Positions 36,665-45,606 of a stretch of DNA of 64,000 nt are shown here, in pieces (the first letter of the stretch is position 1; the number at the start of each line of letters is the position of its first letter). The translations under genes were made by a program, and so were the position numbers. The stretch comes from Parcubacteria group bacterium (GTDB taxonomy: Bacteria; Patescibacteriota; Minisyncoccia; Phycocordibacterales; UBA2135). The stretch spans positions 25,952 to 89,951 of the forward strand of contig JACQLS010000030.1 in the NCBI GenBank assembly GCA_016204005.1, read 5' to 3'. The notes beneath the pieces are model-generated. The model searched no databases, had not been told where the DNA came from, and saw only the letters and a program-made list of their open reading frames with translations.

Positions 36665-37648
36665 ATGATTTGGAATCCACACGAAGGTCGCGGATCTAAT
36701 GATCGCTTAGACCAAATAATGCGCGAGAAGCGCAAGGCGCGTCTGGAACAAGAAGCGGCGGCGGAGGAGGCTCGTGTCTTAGAGCTTGCATCTGAAAAGG
36801 CCGAGAAGAGGCTCACGGAAGATCAGATTGATTTTACAAACCCGGAGTTTCGAGGAGTTTTTACTGATGCGGCAGTAGAAAAAGATATGCAATACCTCGC
36901 AAGAGTCGAAGCGGCCATCAAAGAAGGTGAAACAGAAAGGAGCCGGGACACATTTCGCCTCGCGAGAATTCTCGAAGCAATCATTCACGAGCAAACAGAG
37001 CTTGCCAACTGGCTTGGGTCTGGTGCTACTACCATTAAGACTTCACGGCTCGACGATATTGCCAATGGCGTGGATGAGGTGGTGGAGTTTAGAAAAGATG
37101 AAGGTCACACGGCGCACCTTGGTCTTGGTATTGACGTAACGCTCGGCACCCACTTTCTTGGACAGAAGTTTGAAAGGATCAGAAAGGAAATTGAGAGTGG
37201 GAAGCTTGCACAGGTGAGATACTTCAAATCAAGTGATGGGAGCTTCGTCGGAACATTACCACTCTTGCCTCGCGTTATTGTTGGGGCTGAACGGCGGCAC
37301 ATCACAGAGCTTGCGCGGCTTTGGGTGAACAATAAAAATAAAGAACTTGCGGAACATCCGTTTAAAAAAGTTTTGATTGCAGAGATCATTGAGCAGCTCA
37401 GAGCCTTTAGAGAATATGCCCGTTTTGAGGCTATGAGGCAGACTCAACCAGCTGAAAGAGAGAGAAGGGAGGGGGTGATTCGGGCATATGAACGGGCGCT
37501 CCTCATTGCCGAAGGAGTAAAGCGGGGGGAGAAAGCGGCCCTCTCGAAATTGCCTGAAGGAAGCCGTGACGCGGAGTGGGGCAATAACGACCGTGTCCTC
37601 CTCGCCATCCGCCAAGAACTCAAGTCGTTTGGAGCGGGGGTGAGTTAA
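36665..37648 (+). CDS. Hypothetical protein, possible PD-(D/E)XK-like fold
   Basis: 327 aa ORF; DDIANGVD...LGIDVT acidic motif. Confidence 0.7.
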   Translation: MIWNPHEGRGSNDRLDQIMREKRKARLEQEAAAEEARVLELASEKAEKRLTEDQIDFTNPEFRGVFTDAAVEKDMQYLARVEAAIKEGETERSRDTFRLARILEAIIHEQTELANWLGSGATTIKTSRLDDIANGVDEVVEFRKDEGHTAHLGLGIDVTLGTHFLGQKFERIRKEIESGKLAQVRYFKSSDGSFVGTLPLLPRVIVGAERRHITELARLWVNNKNKELAEHPFKKVLIAEIIEQLRAFREYARFEAMRQTQPAERERREGVIRAYERALLIAEGVKRGEKAALSKLPEGSRDAEWGNNDRVLLAIRQELKSFGAGVS

Positions 37649-37659
37649 ACCGTGTAGGT

Positions 37660-37694
37660 TTGCTCTTTGTGTCGGACTAGTTTAAAATACCTCC
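37660..37694 (+). promoter_or_regulatory. Promoter of leaderless ndk
   Basis: TTGCTC-17-TAAAAT, six nt before ATG. Confidence 0.6.
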
Positions 37695-38294
37695 ATGTCA
37701 GATTATAAAAAGTTCAAAGAGGAGAGAACATTTGTTTTAATTAAGCCTGACGGCGTTCGCAAGGGGCTTACCGGGGAAATTATCAAGCGTTTTGAACAGC
37801 GGGATTTGAAGATCGTTGCCCTCGAGATGTTCCAGCCTACAAGGAAGCAGATCGACGATCACTACCCAAAGGAACAGAAGTGGGTTACGCGGTTGGGTGA
37901 AAAATCTCTTTCCACTTATAGCAAATACGGCATTGATCCGGCGAAAGAACTCGGCACCAATGATGCTGCAAAAATTGGGGAGATGGTGCGAGAGTGGCTC
38001 GTTGACTACATGACTTCGGCACCGCTTGTACGCATGGTCGTAGAAGGCGTGCATGCCGTTGATATGGTCAGGAAAATTGCCGGTCCCACCATACCCTCTA
38101 TGGCGGACATGGGAACTATTCGCGGCGACTTTTCGGCCGACTCTCCGGCTATCGCGAATACGGAAAAGCGGGCAGTCATGAACCTGATTCATGCTTCTGA
38201 AACCCCAGAAGAAGCGATGCACGAGATAAAGCATTGGTTTGGCGAGAAACCGCCCATATTCTCCTACAGTCGTTTTTGCATTGATCTCTGGTAG
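37695..38294 (+). CDS. ndk: Nucleoside-diphosphate kinase
   Basis: ERTFVLIKPDGV, GTIRGDF, NLIHASE. Confidence 0.95.
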   Translation: MSDYKKFKEERTFVLIKPDGVRKGLTGEIIKRFEQRDLKIVALEMFQPTRKQIDDHYPKEQKWVTRLGEKSLSTYSKYGIDPAKELGTNDAAKIGEMVREWLVDYMTSAPLVRMVVEGVHAVDMVRKIAGPTIPSMADMGTIRGDFSADSPAIANTEKRAVMNLIHASETPEEAMHEIKHWFGEKPPIFSYSRFCIDLW

Positions 38295-38308
38295 TGCTAC
38301 ACTTAGGG

Positions 38309-38474
38309 TAGTTATTGGAGTAAAAATCCAGAATGTTAAAAACCCAGGGAGCTCGAATTGGCTCACTCTACTGATTCGTTCAGGGAATGATGTCTGAGGG
38401 CACCCACCTTGTATATAACGCTCGGGTTTTTCTACTCCAATAACTATTAAAGAATCCCCTGTGGGGTTTTTTAA
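38309..38474 (+). ncRNA. Candidate stand-alone rod-shaped ncRNA (6S-like?)
   Basis: Promoter TTGCAT-16-TACACT, 14-bp perfect closing stem 38309-38322/38433-38446, nested stems, terminator-like hairpin 38447-38474, no ORF. Confidence 0.55.
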
Positions 38475-38522
38475 TGCTTCATTATGCCAGATACGATATA
38501 CTAGAGACTACATACCACTACT

Positions 38523-38927
38523 ATGTTTCGTCATCCCTTTTTCTACTTCCTCTTCTGTCTCCTCATCGTCATTACGGCTATGCATGTTTTTGGTATTATG
38601 TATTTTTGGTATGCCACGTATCCACTCCTTGATCTCGTCTTACATTTTGTTGGCGGTTTCTGGATTGCCGGTATAAGTTTATGGATCTTCTTTTTATCAG
38701 GGGCTTCGCGAGCTTCCTATAAGCAGAAAATACCCAAGGTCCATGTTGTCTTGGGTGTCCTCTTCTTCACCGTAATGATAGGGGCACTGTGGGAAATATT
38801 TGAAGTCATAAACGATATAACGCTCCGAGGATACCCAAAATACGAGTTCGATACGATAACCGATCTTATCGCTGACTCGATGGGGGCCCTCCTTGCTGGC
38901 TGGTATTTTGTCCGACGATATTTGTAA
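38523..38927 (+). CDS. Four-TM membrane protein (VanZ/DUF2238-like)
   Basis: DLVLHFVGG, GALWEIFE, DTITDLIADSMGA. Confidence 0.8.
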   Translation: MFRHPFFYFLFCLLIVITAMHVFGIMYFWYATYPLLDLVLHFVGGFWIAGISLWIFFLSGASRASYKQKIPKVHVVLGVLFFTVMIGALWEIFEVINDITLRGYPKYEFDTITDLIADSMGALLAGWYFVRRYL

Positions 38928-38949
38928 CAGTTCAAAAGCTAGTATCTTA

Positions 38950-40314
38950 ATGAGCAAAGCCAAACTTACATTTTGCGGGGGAGCAGGGGAGGTGACCGGT
39001 TCAAATTTCCTCTTGGAGACCGACGAGGCGAGCGTGCTCGTTGATTGCGGTTTGTTTGAGGGATGCGACACCTGTGGCGACAAAAATGTAGATCCGTTTC
39101 CATACGACCCGAAAAAGATCGATGCCTTGTTTGTGACTCACCCACACGTTGACCACGTAGGGAGGATCCCGAAGCTTGTGAAAGAGGGTTTTCGGGGCAC
39201 AATCTACTCCACTCCGCCCACCAGAGATATTGTCGAGGTTGTCTATGACGACGCACTCAAAATCATGAGAGAAGAAACAGCGAGGACGGGAGCACCACTT
39301 TTATACGGACCGGAAGATGTTACGCAAACACTCGCCTTGTGGGAGACCAGAGAGTATCGGAAAACCTTTGTTGTAAAAGGCCTCACGGCTTCATTTAAAA
39401 ACTCAGGGCATGTTTTAGGTTCTGCGATGGTGGAGCTTGAACGCGGTGGAAAAAAGATCGTCTTTACGGGGGACCTCGGTAACTTCCCATCGCCACTCTT
39501 ACCCGACCCCGATGCGGTGAATGACGCGGACTATCTCGTTATGGAGAGCGTATACGGTGATCGAAACCACGAGGCACGGGATGAGCGCCGTTCTGCGTTG
39601 GAAGATATTATTGAGGAGACATCTCGGAAGAAGGGCGTGCTCATGATTCCAGCCTTTTCTCTTGAGCGCACACAAGCTGTCCTTTACGAAATAGAGCACA
39701 TGGTTGAGGGGCGACAGATCCCACGCATGCCCGTTTTCATTGATTCGCCGCTTGCGATTAAGATTACAGACATTTACAAAAAATATTCATCGACCTACTT
39801 CAATAAAAGTGTGGGGATGGAGTCAAAAGGCGGCAACGGCATTTTTGCATTTGCTGAACTCTCTTTCACAAGGACTTCCGAAGAATCAAAGCACATCCTC
39901 GCTGTTCCGGAGCCGAAAATTATCATTGCGGGAGGAGGTATGTCCGAAGGGGGGCGCATTATCTTCCATGAAAAGCATTATCTGCCTCAACCTAAAAACA
40001 CCCTCCTTATTTTAGGATATCAAGCACCAGGTACCCGCGGCCGTGAAATAGAAGACGGCGCAAAGACCATAGAGATACTCGGGGAAGAGATACCTGTTAA
40101 TGCTCGTATTCGCACTATCAGCGGCTATTCTGCGCACATGGACTCCGAGCATCTCCTTGAGTTTGCGGCGAACGACGCAGATGCGGCAAAAACAATCTTT
40201 GTTGTTATGGGAGAACCCAAGTCAGCTTTCTTCCTGACCCAACGAATACGCGATTATGTAGGGCTCAACGCAGTTGCTCCACAGCGTGGTGACACGTTCC
40301 CTCTAGATTTTTAG
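38950..40314 (+). CDS. Metallo-beta-lactamase/beta-CASP ribonuclease
   Basis: GGAGEVTGS, THPHVDHVG, GHVLGS, FTGDLG, MESVYG, YSAH. Confidence 0.93.
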   Translation: MSKAKLTFCGGAGEVTGSNFLLETDEASVLVDCGLFEGCDTCGDKNVDPFPYDPKKIDALFVTHPHVDHVGRIPKLVKEGFRGTIYSTPPTRDIVEVVYDDALKIMREETARTGAPLLYGPEDVTQTLALWETREYRKTFVVKGLTASFKNSGHVLGSAMVELERGGKKIVFTGDLGNFPSPLLPDPDAVNDADYLVMESVYGDRNHEARDERRSALEDIIEETSRKKGVLMIPAFSLERTQAVLYEIEHMVEGRQIPRMPVFIDSPLAIKITDIYKKYSSTYFNKSVGMESKGGNGIFAFAELSFTRTSEESKHILAVPEPKIIIAGGGMSEGGRIIFHEKHYLPQPKNTLLILGYQAPGTRGREIEDGAKTIEILGEEIPVNARIRTISGYSAHMDSEHLLEFAANDADAAKTIFVVMGEPKSAFFLTQRIRDYVGLNAVAPQRGDTFPLDF

Positions 40315-40362
40315 CGTCGCGCATACCGCTCTGTATGCTATACTTTCTATATCATTACCCCT

Positions 40363-40971
40363 ATGCACCCTGACGAGCAAAAACACGTTCACTTGAAGTT
40401 AAAAATCTGCGTCTCTGGCGCGGCAGAGACCGGTCATTGCGGTCCAGATGCTCTTGATTCAGCAAAAGAACTGGGACGTGAAATCGCGCGGCACAATGCT
40501 GTGCTGGTAACCGGTGCGACAACAGGCTTTCCCCTCTGGGCGGCTATGGGCGCAAAAGAGGTGAATGGTATCTCCCTCGGGCTTTCGCCCGCCTCAACAG
40601 AGGAAGAACATATTGGAATCTACAAGCTCCCTGTCGATTACCTTGATTTGATCATCTATACCGGTTTTGGATACTCCGGCAGAAACCTTCTTTTGACTCG
40701 GGCATCAGACGCGATCATTGTTGGGTGCGGGCGTATCGGAACCGTGAATGAATTTACCATCGCCTTTGAAGACAAGAAGCCCATTGGCATCTTGGAGGGG
40801 TCGTGGGAGACAGACGAAGTGTTCCGAAACATCATTGAAAAGGCACATCGGCCAAACAATAAAATCATCTTTGACTCTGATCCGAAGGCGCTTGTCGAGA
40901 GACTAATGGAGCTTGTGAAAAAAGAAAAGAAACACTACTACCTCTACGAACGCCGCCAAGCAATAGAGTGA
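40363..40971 (+). CDS. SLOG/LOG-family nucleotide-binding protein (TIGR00725-like)
   Basis: LVTGATTG, TGFGYSGRN, GRIGTVNE. Confidence 0.85.
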   Translation: MHPDEQKHVHLKLKICVSGAAETGHCGPDALDSAKELGREIARHNAVLVTGATTGFPLWAAMGAKEVNGISLGLSPASTEEEHIGIYKLPVDYLDLIIYTGFGYSGRNLLLTRASDAIIVGCGRIGTVNEFTIAFEDKKPIGILEGSWETDEVFRNIIEKAHRPNNKIIFDSDPKALVERLMELVKKEKKHYYLYERRQAIE

Positions 40972-40980
40972 TACAAAAAT

Positions 40981-41016
40981 AACAAAAAACGGTCGCCTGA
41001 AGCGATCGTTTTTTGT
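40981..41016. terminator. Bidirectional terminator
   Basis: AACAAAAAACGGTCGC-CTGAA-GCGATCGTTTTTTGTT. Confidence 0.7.
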
Positions 41017-41363
41017 TATTTCACTTTCTCGAGAACCTTCTTGAAGATTTCAGGATTGTTTTCAGCGAGGTCGGCGAGAGATTTGCGATCAAGGCCGATT
41101 CCTTTCTGTTTCAGCATGAAAATAAATTGAGAATACGAGATGTTCCCGTACTCACGGGTTGCCGCGTTGATTTTTACCTGCCACAAGCGTCGGAAGTCTT
41201 TCTTTTTCTTTCGCCGATGTCCAAAGGCATGCACTCCTGCGTGAGCGATTGCTTCGTGTGCTTGTCGCACCTTTTTACTTCGGCCAAATCGATACCCCTT
41301 CGCCTGCTTCAAGGTGTTTCGACGGCTTTTTATTCGCGTTGTGCCTCTCTTTACCCGTGTCAT
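41016..41363 (-). CDS. rplT: 50S ribosomal protein bL20
   Basis: MTRVKRG, AKGY, FRRLW..INAA, LDRKSLADLA. Confidence 0.97.
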   Translation of the reverse strand: MTRVKRGTTRIKSRRNTLKQAKGYRFGRSKKVRQAHEAIAHAGVHAFGHRRKKKKDFRRLWQVKINAATREYGNISYSQFIFMLKQKGIGLDRKSLADLAENNPEIFKKVLEKVK

Positions 41364-41368
41364 AGTCG

Positions 41369-41548
41369 TTAGTTAATGAAACGCTGTTTTGATTTAGCGG
41401 ACATGGTAAATGAACGCATGCGATTGCGGTCGAGCTTGTCGGACTTGCTTTTTCTCGCACGGAAATGGTTTTGTCCGCCTCTGCGCGCAAGCATTTTTCC
41501 GTTTTTCGTGACTTTGAGTCGCTTTGTGTAGGATTTGTTGGTTTTCAT
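41369..41548 (-). CDS. rpmI: 50S ribosomal protein bL35 (not in ORF track)
   Basis: Translated by hand: MKTNKSYTKRLKVTKNGK...NHFRARK; between infC and rplT. Confidence 0.92.
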   Translation of the reverse strand: MKTNKSYTKRLKVTKNGKMLARRGGQNHFRARKSKSDKLDRNRMRSFTMSAKSKQRFIN

Positions 41549-41565
41549 GGTCGCGTGCGTTTGTA

Positions 41566-42063
41566 CTACTTTTTCGCGCGTTCGAGTATGACCGCGAGGC
41601 CCTTGGGGCTTCTCTTTGGTCCATCAGCTATTTTGTACTCCTCTGTGATAAGTCGTAAGACGCGTTCCAGACGTTCTTGTAAAAATTCTTTCGGGAGGTA
41701 CTTTGCGCGGCCAGCAAGGAAAAGATCCATCTTGACGCGATACCCCTCTTTCAAGAACTTAGAAGCCTGTTTTGCCTTGAGTTCTAGGTCGTGCTCGCCC
41801 GTACCGATCTTGATCTGGAGGGATTTTGTCTCTGTTCCCTGTACTTTAACCCCCCTTTGCTTCTTTTGCTCCAGATACTGAAACTTACCATAATCCATGA
41901 TTTTGGCAACTGGTGGGGTAGCATTGGGCGAAATCTCAATCAAATCAAGCCCCCGCCCTTGCGCTACTTCGAGGGCTTCCTTAAAGGGGATGACACCGAG
42001 GTTACCTCCGTCATCGGTTACAACACGGAGCTCCTGTGCGCGTATTTGGTTGTTTATCCTCAC
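41566..42063 (-). CDS. infC: Translation initiation factor IF-3
   Basis: RINNQIRA, LDLIEISP..PPVAKIMDYGKF; non-ATG start. Confidence 0.95.
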   Translation of the reverse strand: MRINNQIRAQELRVVTDDGGNLGVIPFKEALEVAQGRGLDLIEISPNATPPVAKIMDYGKFQYLEQKKQRGVKVQGTETKSLQIKIGTGEHDLELKAKQASKFLKEGYRVKMDLFLAGRAKYLPKEFLQERLERVLRLITEEYKIADGPKRSPKGLAVILERAKK

Positions 42064-42083
42064 CTTTGCTTTCAGATTAGGGT

Positions 42084-42112
42084 AGTATAGAGGATTTTAA
42101 AAGGAATGGCAA
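42084..42112 (-). promoter_or_regulatory. infC promoter
   Basis: TTGCCA(42112-42107)-17-TATACT(42089-42084). Confidence 0.65.
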
Positions 42113-42166
42113 GACATTCGACCTTGCTCATGATAAACAAAAACCCGCGTAAGGCGGGTGTATTTT

Positions 42167-43333
42167 TTAGGCGCGGATGCGCGCAATCTCGTAGTTTGAA
42201 TACATCTTATTCCCAGTTACATCTTCTAGCACCGGGAGGAATGGCGGAAGTGAAACTTTACTCGTCTCCCTAGTCAGCTCAACCTCTAGGAGGAGAAGGC
42301 CGGTAGCCGGGTCTCTGAATACATCGAGTTCAAAGTATTGGTTTTCCCACGCGAAACAAAAACGATGTTTTTGTATAACCGCGAACCTGGGGTCGCGAAC
42401 GCGAGCAAGTTCGCCGTACATTTCGGGTGAAATGTGTTTTTCCGTTTCCGCGCGAGCAAATGTCCCAGGAATTTCCCACTTGTGTGTACGATAGTATACA
42501 TATGTACCGTCTTGGCCGCGACGGCGAATGCGTCCTTCATTACCCGGAGCTTCACCCGTCAAATACATCTGTTCAATCTGAACACACTCAAATGGGATCC
42601 GCAGTTCTTTGAGTAGCCGCGGATTAAACGACGGATCGATGAGATATTTTCTCTCAATCTCGATCGGCACCGGGATGCCGAGGACAACGCAGACCTCTTG
42701 GAAGAGTCGATCAATCTTTTCTTCAAAGCCCGTTGAGTTATCAATGGATCGCCAGTGTGGGTGCCCCATCCATGCCTCAAGCGTCTCTTTGTCTCTCTCC
42801 CGAGCTTCTCCCAACGTTGTTTCTTGGCGAGCGGTGTTATTTGCAACCGTGTAGAACGCCTCTGCTCCAAATGCCGCCGTGACGAGATGGAAGACGGCAT
42901 TATAGGGAAGATCGCGCAGGTGGGGGATTTTGAGACCCGACTCGTGCGCGAGTTGTTTGAACAGATCCGCTTTTGCGTACCCGAGTATGTCCATAAAACC
43001 GCGGTCGCAGATCACCACCTTTTTCTTGGCTTTGGATCGAGCCACATAGCGACGGTAGTTGAGTTCCCGTGCAAGTGTCTCTTCAAAGACACAACGTTGG
43101 AATGTTTGAAAGTCCAATCCATTTGCATCCGGCTTAATCCCCGCATTTATGAGAAGTGTCGGCACCTCGGGCGGCATAAAAACCGTGAACCCGCGGTCCA
43201 AGAGCTTCTGTTCAGTGCGGCACAAAGCCGTCGTCTTGCCCGCGCACGGCCCGCCAGTAAGAACCATGATCGGAACGTCTTCTGGCCTCAAGTGTTTTAG
43301 TATCTCTGCCTCAGAACTGAAGTGAGGAAGCAT
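42167..43333 (-). CDS. P-loop kinase-like ATPase (AAA_28/NadR-like) fused to CYTH domain
   Basis: VLTGGPCAGKTT, CDRG, NNTARQE, W.GHPH; EIERKY, FELDVF, LLEVE; start moved to ATG 43333. Confidence 0.85.
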   Translation of the reverse strand: MLPHFSSEAEILKHLRPEDVPIMVLTGGPCAGKTTALCRTEQKLLDRGFTVFMPPEVPTLLINAGIKPDANGLDFQTFQRCVFEETLARELNYRRYVARSKAKKKVVICDRGFMDILGYAKADLFKQLAHESGLKIPHLRDLPYNAVFHLVTAAFGAEAFYTVANNTARQETTLGEARERDKETLEAWMGHPHWRSIDNSTGFEEKIDRLFQEVCVVLGIPVPIEIERKYLIDPSFNPRLLKELRIPFECVQIEQMYLTGEAPGNEGRIRRRGQDGTYVYYRTHKWEIPGTFARAETEKHISPEMYGELARVRDPRFAVIQKHRFCFAWENQYFELDVFRDPATGLLLLEVELTRETSKVSLPPFLPVLEDVTGNKMYSNYEIARIRA

Positions 43334-43441
43334 GAATGTCACCCAGATCTCCTTTCTTTCTGCATCGTAACCCGCCTCACACACTTTGGGAAGCCTTCGA
43401 AAATTGAAAAAGATGTGAAATCGGGATACTCTAAACCAGAG

Positions 43442-45433
43442 ATGAAAACAACCAAAAGAACATCCATGAAGAGCAAAAGCGCCTTTCGAAGAAGCGAGCT
43501 TGACGGGAACGTCAAGCCGACAGACGATTTTTTCCAGTTTGCAAATGGCAAGTGGGCGGAGCGACACGCTATTCCCGCAACAGAAAGCATATGGGGACCC
43601 TTCCACATTTTGTGGAAGAAAAACCTTGAGCGTCTTCGCATCCTTCTTGAAGATATTTCAGAAGGTAGAGTAGAAGAAGGGGGGAGAGAGTTAGTGCTTC
43701 TTCGCGATTATTACCGAACAGCGATGGATCGCGCAATGGCCAATGCTCTGGGCTCTAGTCCCTTGACGCCCTTCTTTGATGACGTGAACGCCGTGGCGAC
43801 GATTCAGGATATTGTGGCGCTCATGGCACGTTTCCGTAAAGCTGGCATCGGTGGGCCTTGGACTGTCACCGCCTACAGGGACTTGAAGGAGGGAGATCTC
43901 GTTAAACTTTCGTTTGGGCAAGGAGGTTTGGGCCTGCCAGAGAAGACCTACTATCTTTCAGATGATCCCGCCACGCGTAAAGTACGAGATGCCTACCGCA
44001 AGCATGTAGAGAAAATGTTTCGCCTGGCGAACATCGAAGGAGATGCTCGAGAAAGCGCCGATACTATCATGGAGATAGAAACAGCACTTGCTCGGGTATC
44101 AAGAACAAACGCTGAATTGCGGCAGATTGAGAACATTTACAACGAGAGGACAATACCGGCTCTTGAGCGCGAAGTACCCGGCGTGAATTGGCGGATGTAT
44201 CTTTCGGAACTCGGCGCTCCGCCTTTGGACACAGTCAATATTGAGGTGCCGGAATTCATGTCGACAGTTTCGAGTCTCTTCCAAAGTATTCCGCTTCAGA
44301 AGTGGAAAGTGTATTTTTCCTGGAGAATAATCACTTCGGGGGCAAGCTTCTTGAGCGATGCGTTCGCCCGCGAACAGTTTAATTTCTGGGGCAAAGTTGT
44401 TTCGGGGACGAAGAGAATGCAACCGCGGTGGCGTAGGGTCGCCCACGACATTGACGGCACGGTTTTGGGAGAAGTGCTCGGCAAATTCTATATCCAACGT
44501 CACTTCAGTGAGAGCGCCAAAGACTATGTGCGCACAATGGTTGCTTACGTAAAGGAGGCATTCAAGGAACGCGTTAGTTCTCGCCCATGGATGGGGGAGG
44601 CGACAAGGGCAATGGCCATTCGGAAGCTCGATGCCGTGAAAGAAAAGGTGGGGTATCCAGACACGTGGCGGGATTCTTCTCGGCTTCAGCTTACCAACGC
44701 TTCATACTACGAAAATAGCGTTCAAGTGTCTCGCTTTGAATTTGAGGACATGCTCTCCAAGGTGGGCAAACCGGCAGATCGGCAGAAATGGTTTTGTTCG
44801 CCGCAAACGGTTAATGCCTTTTTCGAGGAGGAGCTTGTATCGATGACATTTCCCGCAGGAATTCTGCAGCCACCGTTCTTTGACCCTGAAAGAGATGAAG
44901 CGGTGAATTTTGGCGCAATCGCATCAATCGTAGGGCACGAACTCACGCATGGCTTCGACGATCAAGGAAGAAAGTTCGATGAGAACGGTCATCTCGAGGA
45001 TTGGTGGACCCCGGAAGACAAAGAAGCATTTTTGGAACGCACAAGAGCGTTCGAGGCTCAAATTGGGACGTACCGCATTATTGATGACGTCTACGCAAAT
45101 GGCGCTCTCACTATCGGTGAAACGGTTGCGGACTTAGGCGGGCTCGTGCTTGCTTTCTACGCGATGCAAAAGTTCTTTGCGGAAAAAGGCCGTCCTCGTC
45201 TGGTCAATGGACTCACTCCAGAGCAGCGCTTCTTTCTTGGGTATGCGTTAATAGAGCGCTCAAAGTTCCGCGAGGAGCGCTTGCGCGAAATTGCTATTAC
45301 CGATCCGCATCTGCCATCGTATTGGCGTGTGAATGGTGTGCTTTCCAATATGTCGGAATTCTTTGACGCATTTAATGGGGGTCCTGGCGACAAGATGTGG
45401 CGCCCGGAAAACGAGCGAATAGAGATTTGGTAA
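43442..45433 (+). CDS. M13 family (neprilysin/PepO) metalloendopeptidase
   Basis: DDFFQFANG, GLGLP, VGYPD, VNAF, FPAGILQPPFF, HELTHGFDDQG, GETVADLGG. Confidence 0.95.
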   Translation: MKTTKRTSMKSKSAFRRSELDGNVKPTDDFFQFANGKWAERHAIPATESIWGPFHILWKKNLERLRILLEDISEGRVEEGGRELVLLRDYYRTAMDRAMANALGSSPLTPFFDDVNAVATIQDIVALMARFRKAGIGGPWTVTAYRDLKEGDLVKLSFGQGGLGLPEKTYYLSDDPATRKVRDAYRKHVEKMFRLANIEGDARESADTIMEIETALARVSRTNAELRQIENIYNERTIPALEREVPGVNWRMYLSELGAPPLDTVNIEVPEFMSTVSSLFQSIPLQKWKVYFSWRIITSGASFLSDAFAREQFNFWGKVVSGTKRMQPRWRRVAHDIDGTVLGEVLGKFYIQRHFSESAKDYVRTMVAYVKEAFKERVSSRPWMGEATRAMAIRKLDAVKEKVGYPDTWRDSSRLQLTNASYYENSVQVSRFEFEDMLSKVGKPADRQKWFCSPQTVNAFFEEELVSMTFPAGILQPPFFDPERDEAVNFGAIASIVGHELTHGFDDQGRKFDENGHLEDWWTPEDKEAFLERTRAFEAQIGTYRIIDDVYANGALTIGETVADLGGLVLAFYAMQKFFAEKGRPRLVNGLTPEQRFFLGYALIERSKFREERLREIAITDPHLPSYWRVNGVLSNMSEFFDAFNGGPGDKMWRPENERIEIW

Positions 45434-45486
45434 TTGTTAAACGACTGCGAGAGACGCGGTCGTTTTATGTTATAGTCATACCATGG

Positions 45487-45606
45487 TCCCGATAGTGTCC
45501 GCGGTCACGGACGGAGAGCGTCAAAACAGCTCACATTATTGGGAATATTATAAGAAGTAATTTTCATGGGTTGAGGTTGAGAGACCGCGACCTGACACTA
45601 TCGGGA
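45487..45606. mobile_element. 120-bp inverted-repeat (MITE-like) element or structured leader at smpB start
   Basis: 13-bp terminal inverted repeat TCCCGATAGTGTC/GACACTATCGGGA flanked by TGG on both sides. Confidence 0.5.

Noticed and set aside
38309-38446. SRP (4.5S) RNA identity for the rod-shaped RNA
   Set aside because: No GGAA tetraloop with the CAGG/AGCA internal loop.
38950-43333. beta-CASP + SLOG + CYTH as one nucleotide-signalling defence operon
   Set aside because: Interrupted by infC-rpmI-rplT, on opposite strands and separated by terminators.
43322-43606. Apparent head-to-head overlap of the ATPase-CYTH and M13 peptidase ORFs
   Set aside because: Artefact of longest-ORF calling; starts at 43333 and 43442 remove the overlap.
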